This document shows, piece by piece, positions 17,888 through 27,288 of a stretch of DNA of 64,000 nt. The DNA is taken from IMG/VR virus record IMGVR_UViG_3300032246_001270; one strand, written 5' to 3'. The stretch comes from a virus. The notes under the pieces were generated by a model that was not told where the DNA came from, ran no database searches, and saw only the letters and a program-made list of their open reading frames with translations. How positions within the stretch are numbered: the first letter of the stretch is position 1; the number at the start of each line of letters is the position of its first letter. Position numbers and translations under genes: made by a program.

Positions 17888-20692
17888 TTATTGGTATTGT
17901 CTGTATGCTCCTGTAATTTGTGTTGTCCATAGTGAGCCATCTAAACTATGTTGTATTTCTGTAACTTGAAATAATCCGTGTTTTGAATATTTTGATGGTA
18001 TTCCAATTATATTAAACATATCTCCTCTACGAATACCACTATTTCCTAAAATTTTAAAACTATATTTAATTGGAAGTGGATGCGATAATCCAGTTGGTGA
18101 TGCCTTTTTTTCTGCGGATGCTGGCTTTTCTCCTTTTTTCAATTCAAATGCATAATTTTTTAATAAATCAAAATATGCAGTATCATCAAAACAAAGTATT
18201 TTAAAAAATTTAGTTAATTCTGTTCTATTTGTTATAGCGGCAGTTATTCCAGATATATCAGACCACATTGGATTTGGTAATATATCTAATTTTGCCAAAT
18301 TTCCAGTAATTGCTGCTGCGGCAGCATCTACTTTTGCTTTGTCTTCTGCAAACTTTTCATCTTCTATTTTTTTATCTAAATCTTCAACCTTTTTACTCAA
18401 ATCTTTTGATTCTTGTTCTAATGCATCTAAATTTTGTTGTGCTATTGCTTTTGCTTTTAATTGCTCAGGCGTATATTGTACTCTACTACCATATTGATAT
18501 GTAGGATATTTATCTAGTTCAGCCTGTGCGGTTCTAAGATTAAGTGGTTTTCCCGTAGCATCAAATTTACTATCAACTCCAGCTTCATCACCATTCCAAA
18601 CTATTTCAGTACGTCTTGCATCATATACTTCACGTTCTCTTTTTGATTTTGATGATTGCGATTCTTCTAATTTTAATCTTGCTGCTAACTTTTCAAATTC
18701 AGCTTTTGCTCTTTCATCTGCACTTTTGCTAGTATGTTCTTTTCCATTAGTATCTGTATAATTTCCTAAAAATAAATCAGTATCAGATTCAAAAAATCCA
18801 CCCACACCAACAATTGGTTCATCTGGATTATTTATAAGTGCCAGTCTTCTACTTATAATTTGATTAGTCATTTCAGATGGAACTGATATATCTAATGATG
18901 CATCTAAAAATACTGAATTAGGTCCTGAATGATAAAATCTATGCGGTGGAATATCTTCTTTTTTTCCAATCCAATTTTCATCATACACAGATAAAATAAC
19001 ATCTCCTTTTTTTAATCCTTTTGTAGAATCATCTTCTTTTAATATTTTTTCATGTATTTGAAAGTTCCAAAATGAATTAACACCAGATGACATTTCATTT
19101 AACATATCCAAAAATACTTCTCTAATATTTTTATTTTTTTGTTGGATTTTTTCTTTAAAAACATTCCAATTTATATACAAATTTTTAAGATATCCCCAAT
19201 ATTTTGCATCTTCCGTAAATCCATCTTTTTCCGATATTACACCTGTTTTATCATTTGTTTGTTTTGATACTAATTCTTGTGTTTCTGGAAATTGCATTGC
19301 CGCTCCAGCTACACTCACACTGTTATCTATTGGTGGTGAATCTGCCTCACCAGCTTTATCAGTACTCAAACGCCCATTAGCTCTTTGTTGTATAGTAGCT
19401 CCAGTTAAAAAATATATAGAAAAATCAGGCATAGATGCATTTGGTATTGCTAATTTAGATGCTTTAGTTGAAAATATATTTGGAAATGCACCTATTTTAG
19501 AATCACTTATATCAAATTGAACAGTAATATTCTTATCTCCCATTTTATATGCCTGTAAAGAACTATTTGCATTTAATATTTTTACTGCTAAATCTACTGA
19601 TATATAACTATTTTTAGAAAATAATTTTTCCTTTTCAACGTTAATATCACCAACAGTAACTTTTTCACCTTTACCAGGATTTGTAAATTCAGTTATTTTT
19701 TTTGTTATAAGAGCATCAAAATTTAAAAAATCAGTAGGTCTAATTGTAGTAGTATCAAAGTTTTTAATTTCGCTTGTTTGTCTTGTTGAAGGCAAATCAT
19801 TAAACATTGCTCTAAATCTCCTAGCAACTAAAATATTACCACTTTGTGCATCTGTAGAAACCGCTGGCTGCTCTAACAAATATTGAGGAAATGTTGTTGT
19901 TTCAATATAAGAATCCGAACTAGCAACAGATGTCAGTTCTAATGTTCTATTCTGAGTTTGCATATACGTTGGTAATGCTGGCGCTCCTCTTAATTTTACT
20001 TCAACATTCCACTTATCACCATCACTACTTACATTACCACCCACTATAAATCCTAAAAATGTATCATAATCTCCATTTGAATTAAGTCTATATTGATATA
20101 ATGCATCATAATTTAAATTTCTTTCAGTTAATTGAGATAATATACTTTTAGTTTTTCCAGCCGTTTTTACCATTTGTGCTGCTCCAGCATTACTATTCCA
20201 CCCAAATTCTATACATAAACTATAACCAGGTTCTAAAAAATAAGTTTGCATTAATTCCATTTGCTGTAATGTAAAGCATCTTAGCTTTAGAGTACATTCT
20301 CTTGATATTTGGTCAGTTCCTTCTTTCATCTCCAATCCAGTTACAATTGGCGATGGTCTTAGAGCAGTTTGACCGGGGCTCGATACAGTTCTTAAATCCC
20401 AACTAATTCCAAAATCACCAGTTGATTGTGAATCACCATACACACTACCGTTGGATTGACCAGCTGCTTTAAAAATTCCAAAATCATTTGATGATGCTAA
20501 TATTAATCCATTTGATTTAACATATATGTCAGTTCCATCTTTATCTTTACCTGCTGATAATGTTCTTACCGCACCAGAAAAAACTCTAACCCAACAAGTT
20601 CTTTGTGTTGTGGAAAAGCTATTTGGTCTATTAAAAGAACCACTTAATATTCTACTATCAATATTTGATAGTTTAGGCCATGTAATACTCAT
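17888..20692 (-). CDS. Baseplate hub-like structural protein
   Basis: 934 aa, downstream of a LysM/gpX-like gene; YFLEPGYSL.IEFGW at the N-terminus and a gp27/GPD-like C-terminus (ILGNSGIRRGDMF.I.GIP....GLFQVTEIQH....WTT). Confidence 0.65.
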   Translation of the reverse strand: MSITWPKLSNIDSRILSGSFNRPNSFSTTQRTCWVRVFSGAVRTLSAGKDKDGTDIYVKSNGLILASSNDFGIFKAAGQSNGSVYGDSQSTGDFGISWDLRTVSSPGQTALRPSPIVTGLEMKEGTDQISRECTLKLRCFTLQQMELMQTYFLEPGYSLCIEFGWNSNAGAAQMVKTAGKTKSILSQLTERNLNYDALYQYRLNSNGDYDTFLGFIVGGNVSSDGDKWNVEVKLRGAPALPTYMQTQNRTLELTSVASSDSYIETTTFPQYLLEQPAVSTDAQSGNILVARRFRAMFNDLPSTRQTSEIKNFDTTTIRPTDFLNFDALITKKITEFTNPGKGEKVTVGDINVEKEKLFSKNSYISVDLAVKILNANSSLQAYKMGDKNITVQFDISDSKIGAFPNIFSTKASKLAIPNASMPDFSIYFLTGATIQQRANGRLSTDKAGEADSPPIDNSVSVAGAAMQFPETQELVSKQTNDKTGVISEKDGFTEDAKYWGYLKNLYINWNVFKEKIQQKNKNIREVFLDMLNEMSSGVNSFWNFQIHEKILKEDDSTKGLKKGDVILSVYDENWIGKKEDIPPHRFYHSGPNSVFLDASLDISVPSEMTNQIISRRLALINNPDEPIVGVGGFFESDTDLFLGNYTDTNGKEHTSKSADERAKAEFEKLAARLKLEESQSSKSKREREVYDARRTEIVWNGDEAGVDSKFDATGKPLNLRTAQAELDKYPTYQYGSRVQYTPEQLKAKAIAQQNLDALEQESKDLSKKVEDLDKKIEDEKFAEDKAKVDAAAAAITGNLAKLDILPNPMWSDISGITAAITNRTELTKFFKILCFDDTAYFDLLKNYAFELKKGEKPASAEKKASPTGLSHPLPIKYSFKILGNSGIRRGDMFNIIGIPSKYSKHGLFQVTEIQHSLDGSLWTTQITGAYRQYQ

Positions 20693-20700
20693 ACTATAAA

Positions 20701-20994
20701 TTATCTTTCAGAAAACACACTCATTATTTCTATATAATTAGGTGGTATTCTTAAAATTGTTCCTTCTTTTAATCCAATTGGTGCATTATGAATATTATTT
20801 GCAGCTGCTATAATCCACCATAATGCAGAATCTTTATAATATTGATAAGCCAATGTATCCAATCTATCACCAGTTTCAGTTGCTACATAAGTATCTTCAT
20901 CAGATAGTGGTATATTTGGGTATATTTTTGATTTATATACAATTCTACCATCTGTTGTTTTTTTTATACTATTATTTGTATATCTACTTTCCAT
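20701..20994 (-). CDS. LysM/gpX-like (gp53-like) baseplate wedge protein
   Basis: GDRLDTLAYQYY.D..LWWIIA.AN......L..G..LRIP. Confidence 0.85.
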   Translation of the reverse strand: MESRYTNNSIKKTTDGRIVYKSKIYPNIPLSDEDTYVATETGDRLDTLAYQYYKDSALWWIIAAANNIHNAPIGLKEGTILRIPPNYIEIMSVFSER

Positions 20995-22969
20995 AATTGT
21001 AGTCAATTGGTTTTATTAAATTTTTTAAATCACTAACTAAGTTACTTTTAAATTCTTCTGGTTCTTTTGGCGATTGATATATTGGATTTTCTTTCTTAGT
21101 TGCTTTTTTTGTTGAATATACAATAGCTTCCGATAATGTTATTGGATTTTTTTGATTAATTGCTTTTTTTGTTGATGATGTTACAGTTATGTTATAACCA
21201 TCTGGTAATGTATTTGGTTCTTTTGGAGAACCATTTGGATTTAAATTTAAGTTCCAATTTTCTTTAGGATTTATAAGTGGTGATGTTCCTGATTTTATAT
21301 TGCCATATCCATACAAAGCTTTTGGTTCTGATGGTTTATCTATTCCCATTATTGGTTTTTGATTTTTATCAAAAGCAAGCGTATTAGTTTTTTCATCAAT
21401 AGTTTGTTTATATGTTGCCGGTTGATATGTACTACCAACTGTTTCAACCATTTTAATAGTTATATTTACATCAATTATTTTTGGTAGTTTCCAATTTTTT
21501 GTATCTTCTTCTAATCCAATTTCCCAAGGAGTATTATCATCTATGGTATAACTCAAAGATTCAATAAATCCTTCTTTGGAATTATACATATCTCCTAATG
21601 TAAATGTAATGAATGGAGGAACTACTGCTATTTTATTAATATAATCTTGTGGATATGTTAAGGATGATAAAAAACTTAATCTTTGCCAAGCTGCAATATG
21701 CTCCTGTTTACTTAAAGAATATATTTTAAAATTAAACGATACACTTCTTTCAATAGTATTATATGTATAAAAATTAAATGGATTTCCAACAAATCTATTA
21801 GTATCCCAAGTTGGTGAAAACGTTTCACTCAATCCAGTTATAATTGCTCTAAAATTAACTGCTGCTTTTCTACTAACAGACCAAAATTTTAAAGGTATAA
21901 AATCATAATCATCAAAAAAAGTTCCACCGGGTAATTCAAAATTACCACCATCTTTACTTGGATATGCTACTTTTAAATTTAAAAAATCAGCCTTATTTGT
22001 AATTTTTCTAGATACCTCAATTGAATTTTTATTATAGCCAAGTACACCACTTTTACTAAATTTAGTTTTTACATTTTTTACTACATTTGGTACTGATACA
22101 TAATTTGTTATTGGCAATGGTAGATTAAATTGATTTACTTCGTAGTTATTTAATTTTGTTGATAAATCTTTTCTTAAATCAATCAAATCTTCTGCTAAAT
22201 ACTGAGCTCCGGTCATCACCTTACTATATGGAGATAACCCATCATATCCATCAGCACCAGCTAATGCATAATTAACAGCTGCTTGTGATGGAGAACCTAA
22301 TAATATATTATTTAATTTCTTTTTTACTAAATCAATACCAGACCCAAGTATACCATTTATTGATGGATTTCCTTTTAAATTATCTGTAATAAATTTTCCA
22401 CTATCGTTTCCAGCATACTTAGAATCATATTTTAAATTTAATAGTGTAGCAATAGTATTATATTCACCACCTTTACCTGTATTAAATGTTGGGTCTAATA
22501 CAATACGACTTGGTATTAATTGCTGAGGTAATTTTACTCCAAGCTTTGATAATATATTATTACCAGCATCTTCAGCTTTTTTTATAAATGTAGTTAATTT
22601 ACCAGCTGTTCCTTGGTTAATAAAAGTAATAACTTTGGTATCTGCTGATATATTATTAGCAGAGTTTTTCATATCAGTTACAATACTTCTACTCTTTGTA
22701 CTAAACTTAACAATATCAGTCCCATATAAAAATGGACTTGTTGTTGTTGCTAATATTCTCAATCCACTTAATTCTTCTTCTAATTTAGTTTCCTTTGTTC
22801 TATTTGTAACATTTCTTCTTCCAATTTCTGCAATTTTAAAAGATGGTTGCATTAAAATATTATATGGAGTTCTTGGTAAATCAGCAATATTTTGTACTTC
22901 ATATTTTTGCTTAGCGGTCTGTCCACTTGCTAACTTTTTACTTTTAAATAATTCTTCTATTGTTGGCAT
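20984..22969 (-). CDS. Baseplate / tail-tube initiator-like protein
   Basis: Follows the tape measure; central FRAIITGLSETFSPTW....VG....YTY....RSVSFNF...PP...T.GD......G.I.SLSY......WE resembles tube-initiator domains. Confidence 0.65.
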   Translation of the reverse strand: MPTIEELFKSKKLASGQTAKQKYEVQNIADLPRTPYNILMQPSFKIAEIGRRNVTNRTKETKLEEELSGLRILATTTSPFLYGTDIVKFSTKSRSIVTDMKNSANNISADTKVITFINQGTAGKLTTFIKKAEDAGNNILSKLGVKLPQQLIPSRIVLDPTFNTGKGGEYNTIATLLNLKYDSKYAGNDSGKFITDNLKGNPSINGILGSGIDLVKKKLNNILLGSPSQAAVNYALAGADGYDGLSPYSKVMTGAQYLAEDLIDLRKDLSTKLNNYEVNQFNLPLPITNYVSVPNVVKNVKTKFSKSGVLGYNKNSIEVSRKITNKADFLNLKVAYPSKDGGNFELPGGTFFDDYDFIPLKFWSVSRKAAVNFRAIITGLSETFSPTWDTNRFVGNPFNFYTYNTIERSVSFNFKIYSLSKQEHIAAWQRLSFLSSLTYPQDYINKIAVVPPFITFTLGDMYNSKEGFIESLSYTIDDNTPWEIGLEEDTKNWKLPKIIDVNITIKMVETVGSTYQPATYKQTIDEKTNTLAFDKNQKPIMGIDKPSEPKALYGYGNIKSGTSPLINPKENWNLNLNPNGSPKEPNTLPDGYNITVTSSTKKAINQKNPITLSEAIVYSTKKATKKENPIYQSPKEPEEFKSNLVSDLKNLIKPIDYNYGK

Positions 22970-22987
22970 TTATCTTAATAATTTGTA

Positions 22988-25360
22988 CTATGCTAATGAA
23001 TAGTTATTTCTAGTGCTTTTTTCGGTGGCCGCTGAAACACCGGATGTAACTTTTTGAGAATCCATATAAACTGCTATTTTACCAGAAGCCATATCAGCTC
23101 TTAATGCTTTTATTTCAGATATCATACTATTCAATGGTGCTGATAGAGCTGATAAATCCATTTTACCTCCACCCGATTGACTTGCTGCAGCTCCAACCGC
23201 AGCTGCTGCTCCAGGTGCTGCTACTAAATCATCGTTCTTACTTAAATTATATACACCACCTTCTTTTGTTGAAACCATTGTTTTACCAGATGCTGGCGAT
23301 ACAACATCTCCCATAGTAGGAGTTTCTGCTACATTACTTTTAAGTCCACCAGCTCCACTTGCTTCAGCAAATGTTGGTAAATTTGCATCTGCACCACCTA
23401 AAAACTCCATAAGAGAACCTAATCCCGGAATCATTTTTATTACTGATGTTATTGCATCAACAATAAATGAAAGTATTTGTGCTGCTAATTTTAATGGAAA
23501 AAACGCAATTTTTAAAATTGGACCTAATCCTTGAAATAATGGAACTAATGCACCACCAACTGTTGCTAATATACCTTTAAATGTATTTTCAAGTTGAGAA
23601 ATCATAGAAGCAGTTTCTTGTTGCTTAGCTTGCTTCTCAACTTCTTGCATTAATTGTTCATCGTTTATTTTACTAATATCCAACCCTGCGTTAATTGCTG
23701 CTTCAGCTTTTTTTAAATCATCACCACTTAATCTACTTAATTTATCCCTTACATTTAATTGTTTATTAACTTCTTCAACAGTCATATTAGCTGCTTTAGC
23801 TAATTGTTGTTGTGTAAAATAATCTTTCTTTCTGAAATCTCCACTTCTTTGAATTTGGTCTAATGTTTCTTGTTGAGCTTCTACTATTTTACCTTCAAAT
23901 GCCAATGCTCTTGCTCTACTCAAATTAAATTGACCTCCTACAAATGTTGCTGCTTTTAATTCTTCTTCAATACCACCCTCAAAGTCTAAAAGCTTTTCAG
24001 CAACTTTAGCTACACTTTGTAAATCAGTTCCTAATCTTCTTGCTTGTACTGCTTGCTTTGCTAAAAGTTGTACATCTCCTTTAAAGAAAGTTGATGTAGT
24101 TTCTGCACTTTTAGCTATATCTTCCATTACTTTCTTAGGAGCCACACCTGCCAACTTAGACATGTTAGCTACTTGTAATTGAACACTAGCTGCAGTATCT
24201 TCTGATAATCCTCCAACATTTTCTAATACACCCTGTACCTTAGCTGCATTTTCGGCACTTACACCAAAATTACTTTTCATTACAGTCAATGCACCAACGG
24301 CAGCTTCCGAATAATCTGCTATATCAGAAAACTCTGCTTTAAGAGATGCCATAGTATCATAAACATCCTTAACTTCAACACCATATTGTGCATATGATTT
24401 TGTTAAATCATTAGCTTTAGAAGCCATCTCACCCATTTGTGAATTGGTGATACCCGTTTCTTTTCTAAAATCCTCACCGGCTGATTCTAATGCCGTAAAT
24501 GCTGCTAATCCAGCTACTATTGCGCCTATTGCTAATGTTATACCTGCCGTTGCTATTGCCGCTTCTAATCCAAATGCTCTAATACCGGTTATCATATTTT
24601 TGATAAATCCGATACTTTTTTGTAAACCAGCAGGAAGAGCTCCCATTATTTGATTTTGCCCTTCTTTAAGTTGCTTAAGTCTTTCTTCTTGTTTTAATAA
24701 ATTTTCATTTTGATTAAATAAATCTTCTGCTAATTTCAAATCTTCACCATCAAGAGATGCTGTTTGTTCTTGGAATTTTAATCTTCTTTCTTTTAATGAA
24801 GCTTCTCCGGACATTGCATCTTTAGCTTGCTGAGTTGCTTTTGCTTGAGCTATTAATGAAGTTTCTTGATATTCTAATTCACTTCTTCTTTGTTGTGCTA
24901 TTGCTAAATCTTCTCCAGATAAATTTGCTTCAGCAACTTTCATATCAATTATCTTTTTTTGAGATATTGCTATTATACTCTTTCCCTTAAGTTCACCATC
25001 AACTCCTTTTAATAATTTTTTTACTTCCGGGTCCATTCTAGATAGCATTTTAAAACTATCATTTTGTAACTTTACTCTTATTCTATGTTGGTCATTTATT
25101 TTCTTTTCATTAGCTTCTTCCCTTTTTCTAATAACTTCAGCTTCTTTATCATTATCTAATATTTCATCACTTGTTTTTAATAATTCTTTTCCAATAGCAA
25201 GTAATTCTCTATCTTCTTTATTTTTTTGCTTTAAAGCACGTATTTCATTAGCATCAGCTATTGCTATACGTTTATTTCTTTCTTCTAAACGTTGCTCTAC
25301 TTCTTCTATTTCTTTTAAAATAGAAACTCTTTCCTCTAATTGCTTATTAGTTAATGGCAT
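22988..25360 (-). CDS. Tail tape measure protein
   Basis: 790 aa, helical and Ala/Gln/Lys-rich with hydrophobic segments; canonical position after tube and chaperone. At ~1.5 A per residue this implies a tail of roughly 110-120 nm. Confidence 0.85.
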   Translation of the reverse strand: MPLTNKQLEERVSILKEIEEVEQRLEERNKRIAIADANEIRALKQKNKEDRELLAIGKELLKTSDEILDNDKEAEVIRKREEANEKKINDQHRIRVKLQNDSFKMLSRMDPEVKKLLKGVDGELKGKSIIAISQKKIIDMKVAEANLSGEDLAIAQQRRSELEYQETSLIAQAKATQQAKDAMSGEASLKERRLKFQEQTASLDGEDLKLAEDLFNQNENLLKQEERLKQLKEGQNQIMGALPAGLQKSIGFIKNMITGIRAFGLEAAIATAGITLAIGAIVAGLAAFTALESAGEDFRKETGITNSQMGEMASKANDLTKSYAQYGVEVKDVYDTMASLKAEFSDIADYSEAAVGALTVMKSNFGVSAENAAKVQGVLENVGGLSEDTAASVQLQVANMSKLAGVAPKKVMEDIAKSAETTSTFFKGDVQLLAKQAVQARRLGTDLQSVAKVAEKLLDFEGGIEEELKAATFVGGQFNLSRARALAFEGKIVEAQQETLDQIQRSGDFRKKDYFTQQQLAKAANMTVEEVNKQLNVRDKLSRLSGDDLKKAEAAINAGLDISKINDEQLMQEVEKQAKQQETASMISQLENTFKGILATVGGALVPLFQGLGPILKIAFFPLKLAAQILSFIVDAITSVIKMIPGLGSLMEFLGGADANLPTFAEASGAGGLKSNVAETPTMGDVVSPASGKTMVSTKEGGVYNLSKNDDLVAAPGAAAAVGAAASQSGGGKMDLSALSAPLNSMISEIKALRADMASGKIAVYMDSQKVTSGVSAATEKSTRNNYSLA

Positions 25361-25366
25361 CTATTA

Positions 25367-25612
25367 TTAGCTTTTTTCCTCATCAATAATACCCGCTTTT
25401 ACCATCATTTGATAATACTTAGGGTCTTCTTTTTTCATTCTTTCGAAGTCATCCTCATATTTGTTGTTTATCTTAACCATATCAGCTCTTAATTGTTGTA
25501 GGACTGGGTCATCTTGAATCATCTTTTCAATTTTTTCAGGCGGATTAGCCTTTTTCATTGTCCAAAAGAATTCTTTCAAATTTGATTTTGATATTTTATA
25601 CTTTGGTCTCAT
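25367..25612 (-). CDS. Small hypothetical protein, 81 aa
   Basis: ORF preceded by two TATTTATA motifs; N-terminal ISKSNLKE resembles the L-x-E leader. Confidence 0.65.
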   Translation of the reverse strand: MRPKYKISKSNLKEFFWTMKKANPPEKIEKMIQDDPVLQQLRADMVKINNKYEDDFERMKKEDPKYYQMMVKAGIIDEEKS

Positions 25613-25650
25613 ATTGTTTGGGTTTATACTTCTATAAATATCCTATAAAT

Positions 25651-25696
25651 AAAAAAGTTAGGATTAATCAACTTTTTATCGATTTATCCTAACTTT
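25651..25696 (-). terminator. Terminator after the chaperone frameshift ORF
   Basis: aaagttaggat...atcctaacttt inverted repeat ending in a U-tract on the minus strand. Confidence 0.65.
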
Positions 25697-25897
25697 AGGT
25701 AATTTTGCTTTAGGTTGTGAATTTTGCTTCTTAATTTGTTCGTTTTCTTTAGTTTTAGTCTCAACCAACTTATTATAATAAAATAATCTTAGTTTTGTTG
25801 GCATTTTATACAAATCCATCATTGTAAATCCATGCCCATAATTACACATTTCAAATATTTGAGTGTGTAGTATAGAACTATGATTAGTTGCTAGGCC
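25676..25897 (-). CDS. Unannotated +1-frame extension of the tail chaperone (gp51-like / gpGT-like)
   Basis: Open frame GLATNHSSILHTQIFEMCNYGHGFTMMDLYKMPTKLRLFYYNKLVETKTKENEQIKKQNSQPKAKLPKVRINR*, entered from the T7 run at 25898-25904. Confidence 0.7.
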   Translation of the reverse strand, partial: GLATNHSSILHTQIFEMCNYGHGFTMMDLYKMPTKLRLFYYNKLVETKTKENEQIKKQNSQPKAKLPKVRINR

Positions 25898-26639
25898 AAA
25901 AAAACCCTACACCCATAGTAATAGGCGCCTCCTCCACCTCACCATCATCATGAGTGTATTTAAATGTCATATTAACATCTGGTGAAATACTTTTTACAAA
26001 TTCTCTAAATGCTCTACTATCTCTAGCTAGCATACCATTTATATACTTATTTATTGCTCCTACTGAAGTATCTCCATCAACTGATTTAATCATATATCTC
26101 AAACGAGTTGTGATTTCAAATGATGTATCTTTGTTTAATTTTTCTAATGCTACAATATCCTTATCTATTAATTTTTCATCACCATGTGTAAGTAATTTAA
26201 ATGTAAGTTTATTTTTACCTATTGGTGTTGTAAATTCAAATTCATTTCTATTTTTAAATAATGAAAAATCAACTTCTTTTGTTTGCACTTTTGCTAAATC
26301 AACATTAGATGATATAGATTTACCAGAATAAGAAGAATAAAATGATACTTCGTATTCAGGTCCAAATCCTAATAATCTAGTTGCTAAAATGATTGCATTT
26401 TTATCTCCAATTAAAATATCATCAACATTTACTCTATCAACTATAATTGATTCAAATAATTTGTCTAATACTACTCCTTTTTTTATTAAATTTGAAGATG
26501 AAAGAATATCTTCTTCCTTTGCAGTCATTAATTTAATTGTAATTTGTCCGCTTGATAATGGATTATCCTTTGGATATAGTAATCCCTGTGATGGAAGGTC
26601 TAATACTTCCGTTGGAAAATCATATTGTGTCTCTGTCAT
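25884..26639 (-). CDS. T4 gp26-like baseplate hub assembly / tail assembly chaperone
   Basis: LPSQG..YP......G.I.IK.MTAKEEDIL...DILIGDKNAI..A.R..G.G..Y; ends GFFWPSN; lies between tube and tape measure. Confidence 0.8.
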   Translation of the reverse strand: MTETQYDFPTEVLDLPSQGLLYPKDNPLSSGQITIKLMTAKEEDILSSSNLIKKGVVLDKLFESIIVDRVNVDDILIGDKNAIILATRLLGFGPEYEVSFYSSYSGKSISSNVDLAKVQTKEVDFSLFKNRNEFEFTTPIGKNKLTFKLLTHGDEKLIDKDIVALEKLNKDTSFEITTRLRYMIKSVDGDTSVGAINKYINGMLARDSRAFREFVKSISPDVNMTFKYTHDDGEVEEAPITMGVGFFWPSN

Positions 26640-26701
26640 AACTTTACTTTGTTTTAAGTTTGTATATATAAATACATAGTTTTTAAAAAATTAGAAAGCA
26701 T

Positions 26702-26730
26702 AAAAAAGGGATATCTTTTGAATATCCCTT
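26702..26730 (-). terminator. Rho-independent terminator after the tail tube gene
   Basis: aagggatat/atatccctt stem followed by a U-tract on the minus strand. Confidence 0.75.
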
Positions 26731-26749
26731 CTTTTTTATCGTTTTTAGA

Positions 26750-27238
26750 TTAGAATTCTAAGATTGCGTAATCGTAAGATAATGTTAATTCAATTGTTGC
26801 AACTTCGTTAGAATCAAATGATAAGTCACCAAAGTTAGCCTGAGAGATAAATGCACCTTTTAAAGTCCATTGTTCAATCTTATCACCAACTGGTCCTAAC
26901 ATATAGAAATTAATATCTTTCTTATAGAAATCAGCGTATCCATCTCTACCAGTAATTGATTCATGTCCTAAACGAATCCAATCCATTACATATTGTGCAC
27001 CAGATGGAACAATTGGGTCAAATAGAGTAATTGTTATATCTTGCCACTCACCCTTACCTTTCAACTTTCTCTTTACGTTGATATGGTCCAAAGTGATTGT
27101 TTCAAATTGAATTGTAGGTCTATTTGCTGCCTTTACAAGATATGAAGGGATTTGGTCAATCTCCATCACATATCTATTTTTCATCTTCGGTTCGAAGTTC
27201 GTATAGAACATCTTATCAAACTCTAATATTTCTGCCAT
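26750..27238 (-). CDS. Tail tube protein (T4 gp19-like)
   Basis: EPK..NRY...GKGEWQDITITL.D.I...W...YKKDI....L...G...E.W.L.GAF.....FG.L...L.YD; directly follows the sheath gene. Confidence 0.92.
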   Translation of the reverse strand: MAEILEFDKMFYTNFEPKMKNRYVMEIDQIPSYLVKAANRPTIQFETITLDHINVKRKLKGKGEWQDITITLFDPIVPSGAQYVMDWIRLGHESITGRDGYADFYKKDINFYMLGPVGDKIEQWTLKGAFISQANFGDLSFDSNEVATIELTLSYDYAILEF

Positions 27239-27288
27239 TTTATTCCTTTTATTTTATATTAATAAATATCTACTTTTTGTTTTTTATA

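Noticed and set aside
25890-25910. Canonical -1 frameshift in the tail chaperone
   Set aside because: The -1 frame reads TTG GCC TAG and stops at once; only the +1/-2 frame is open.
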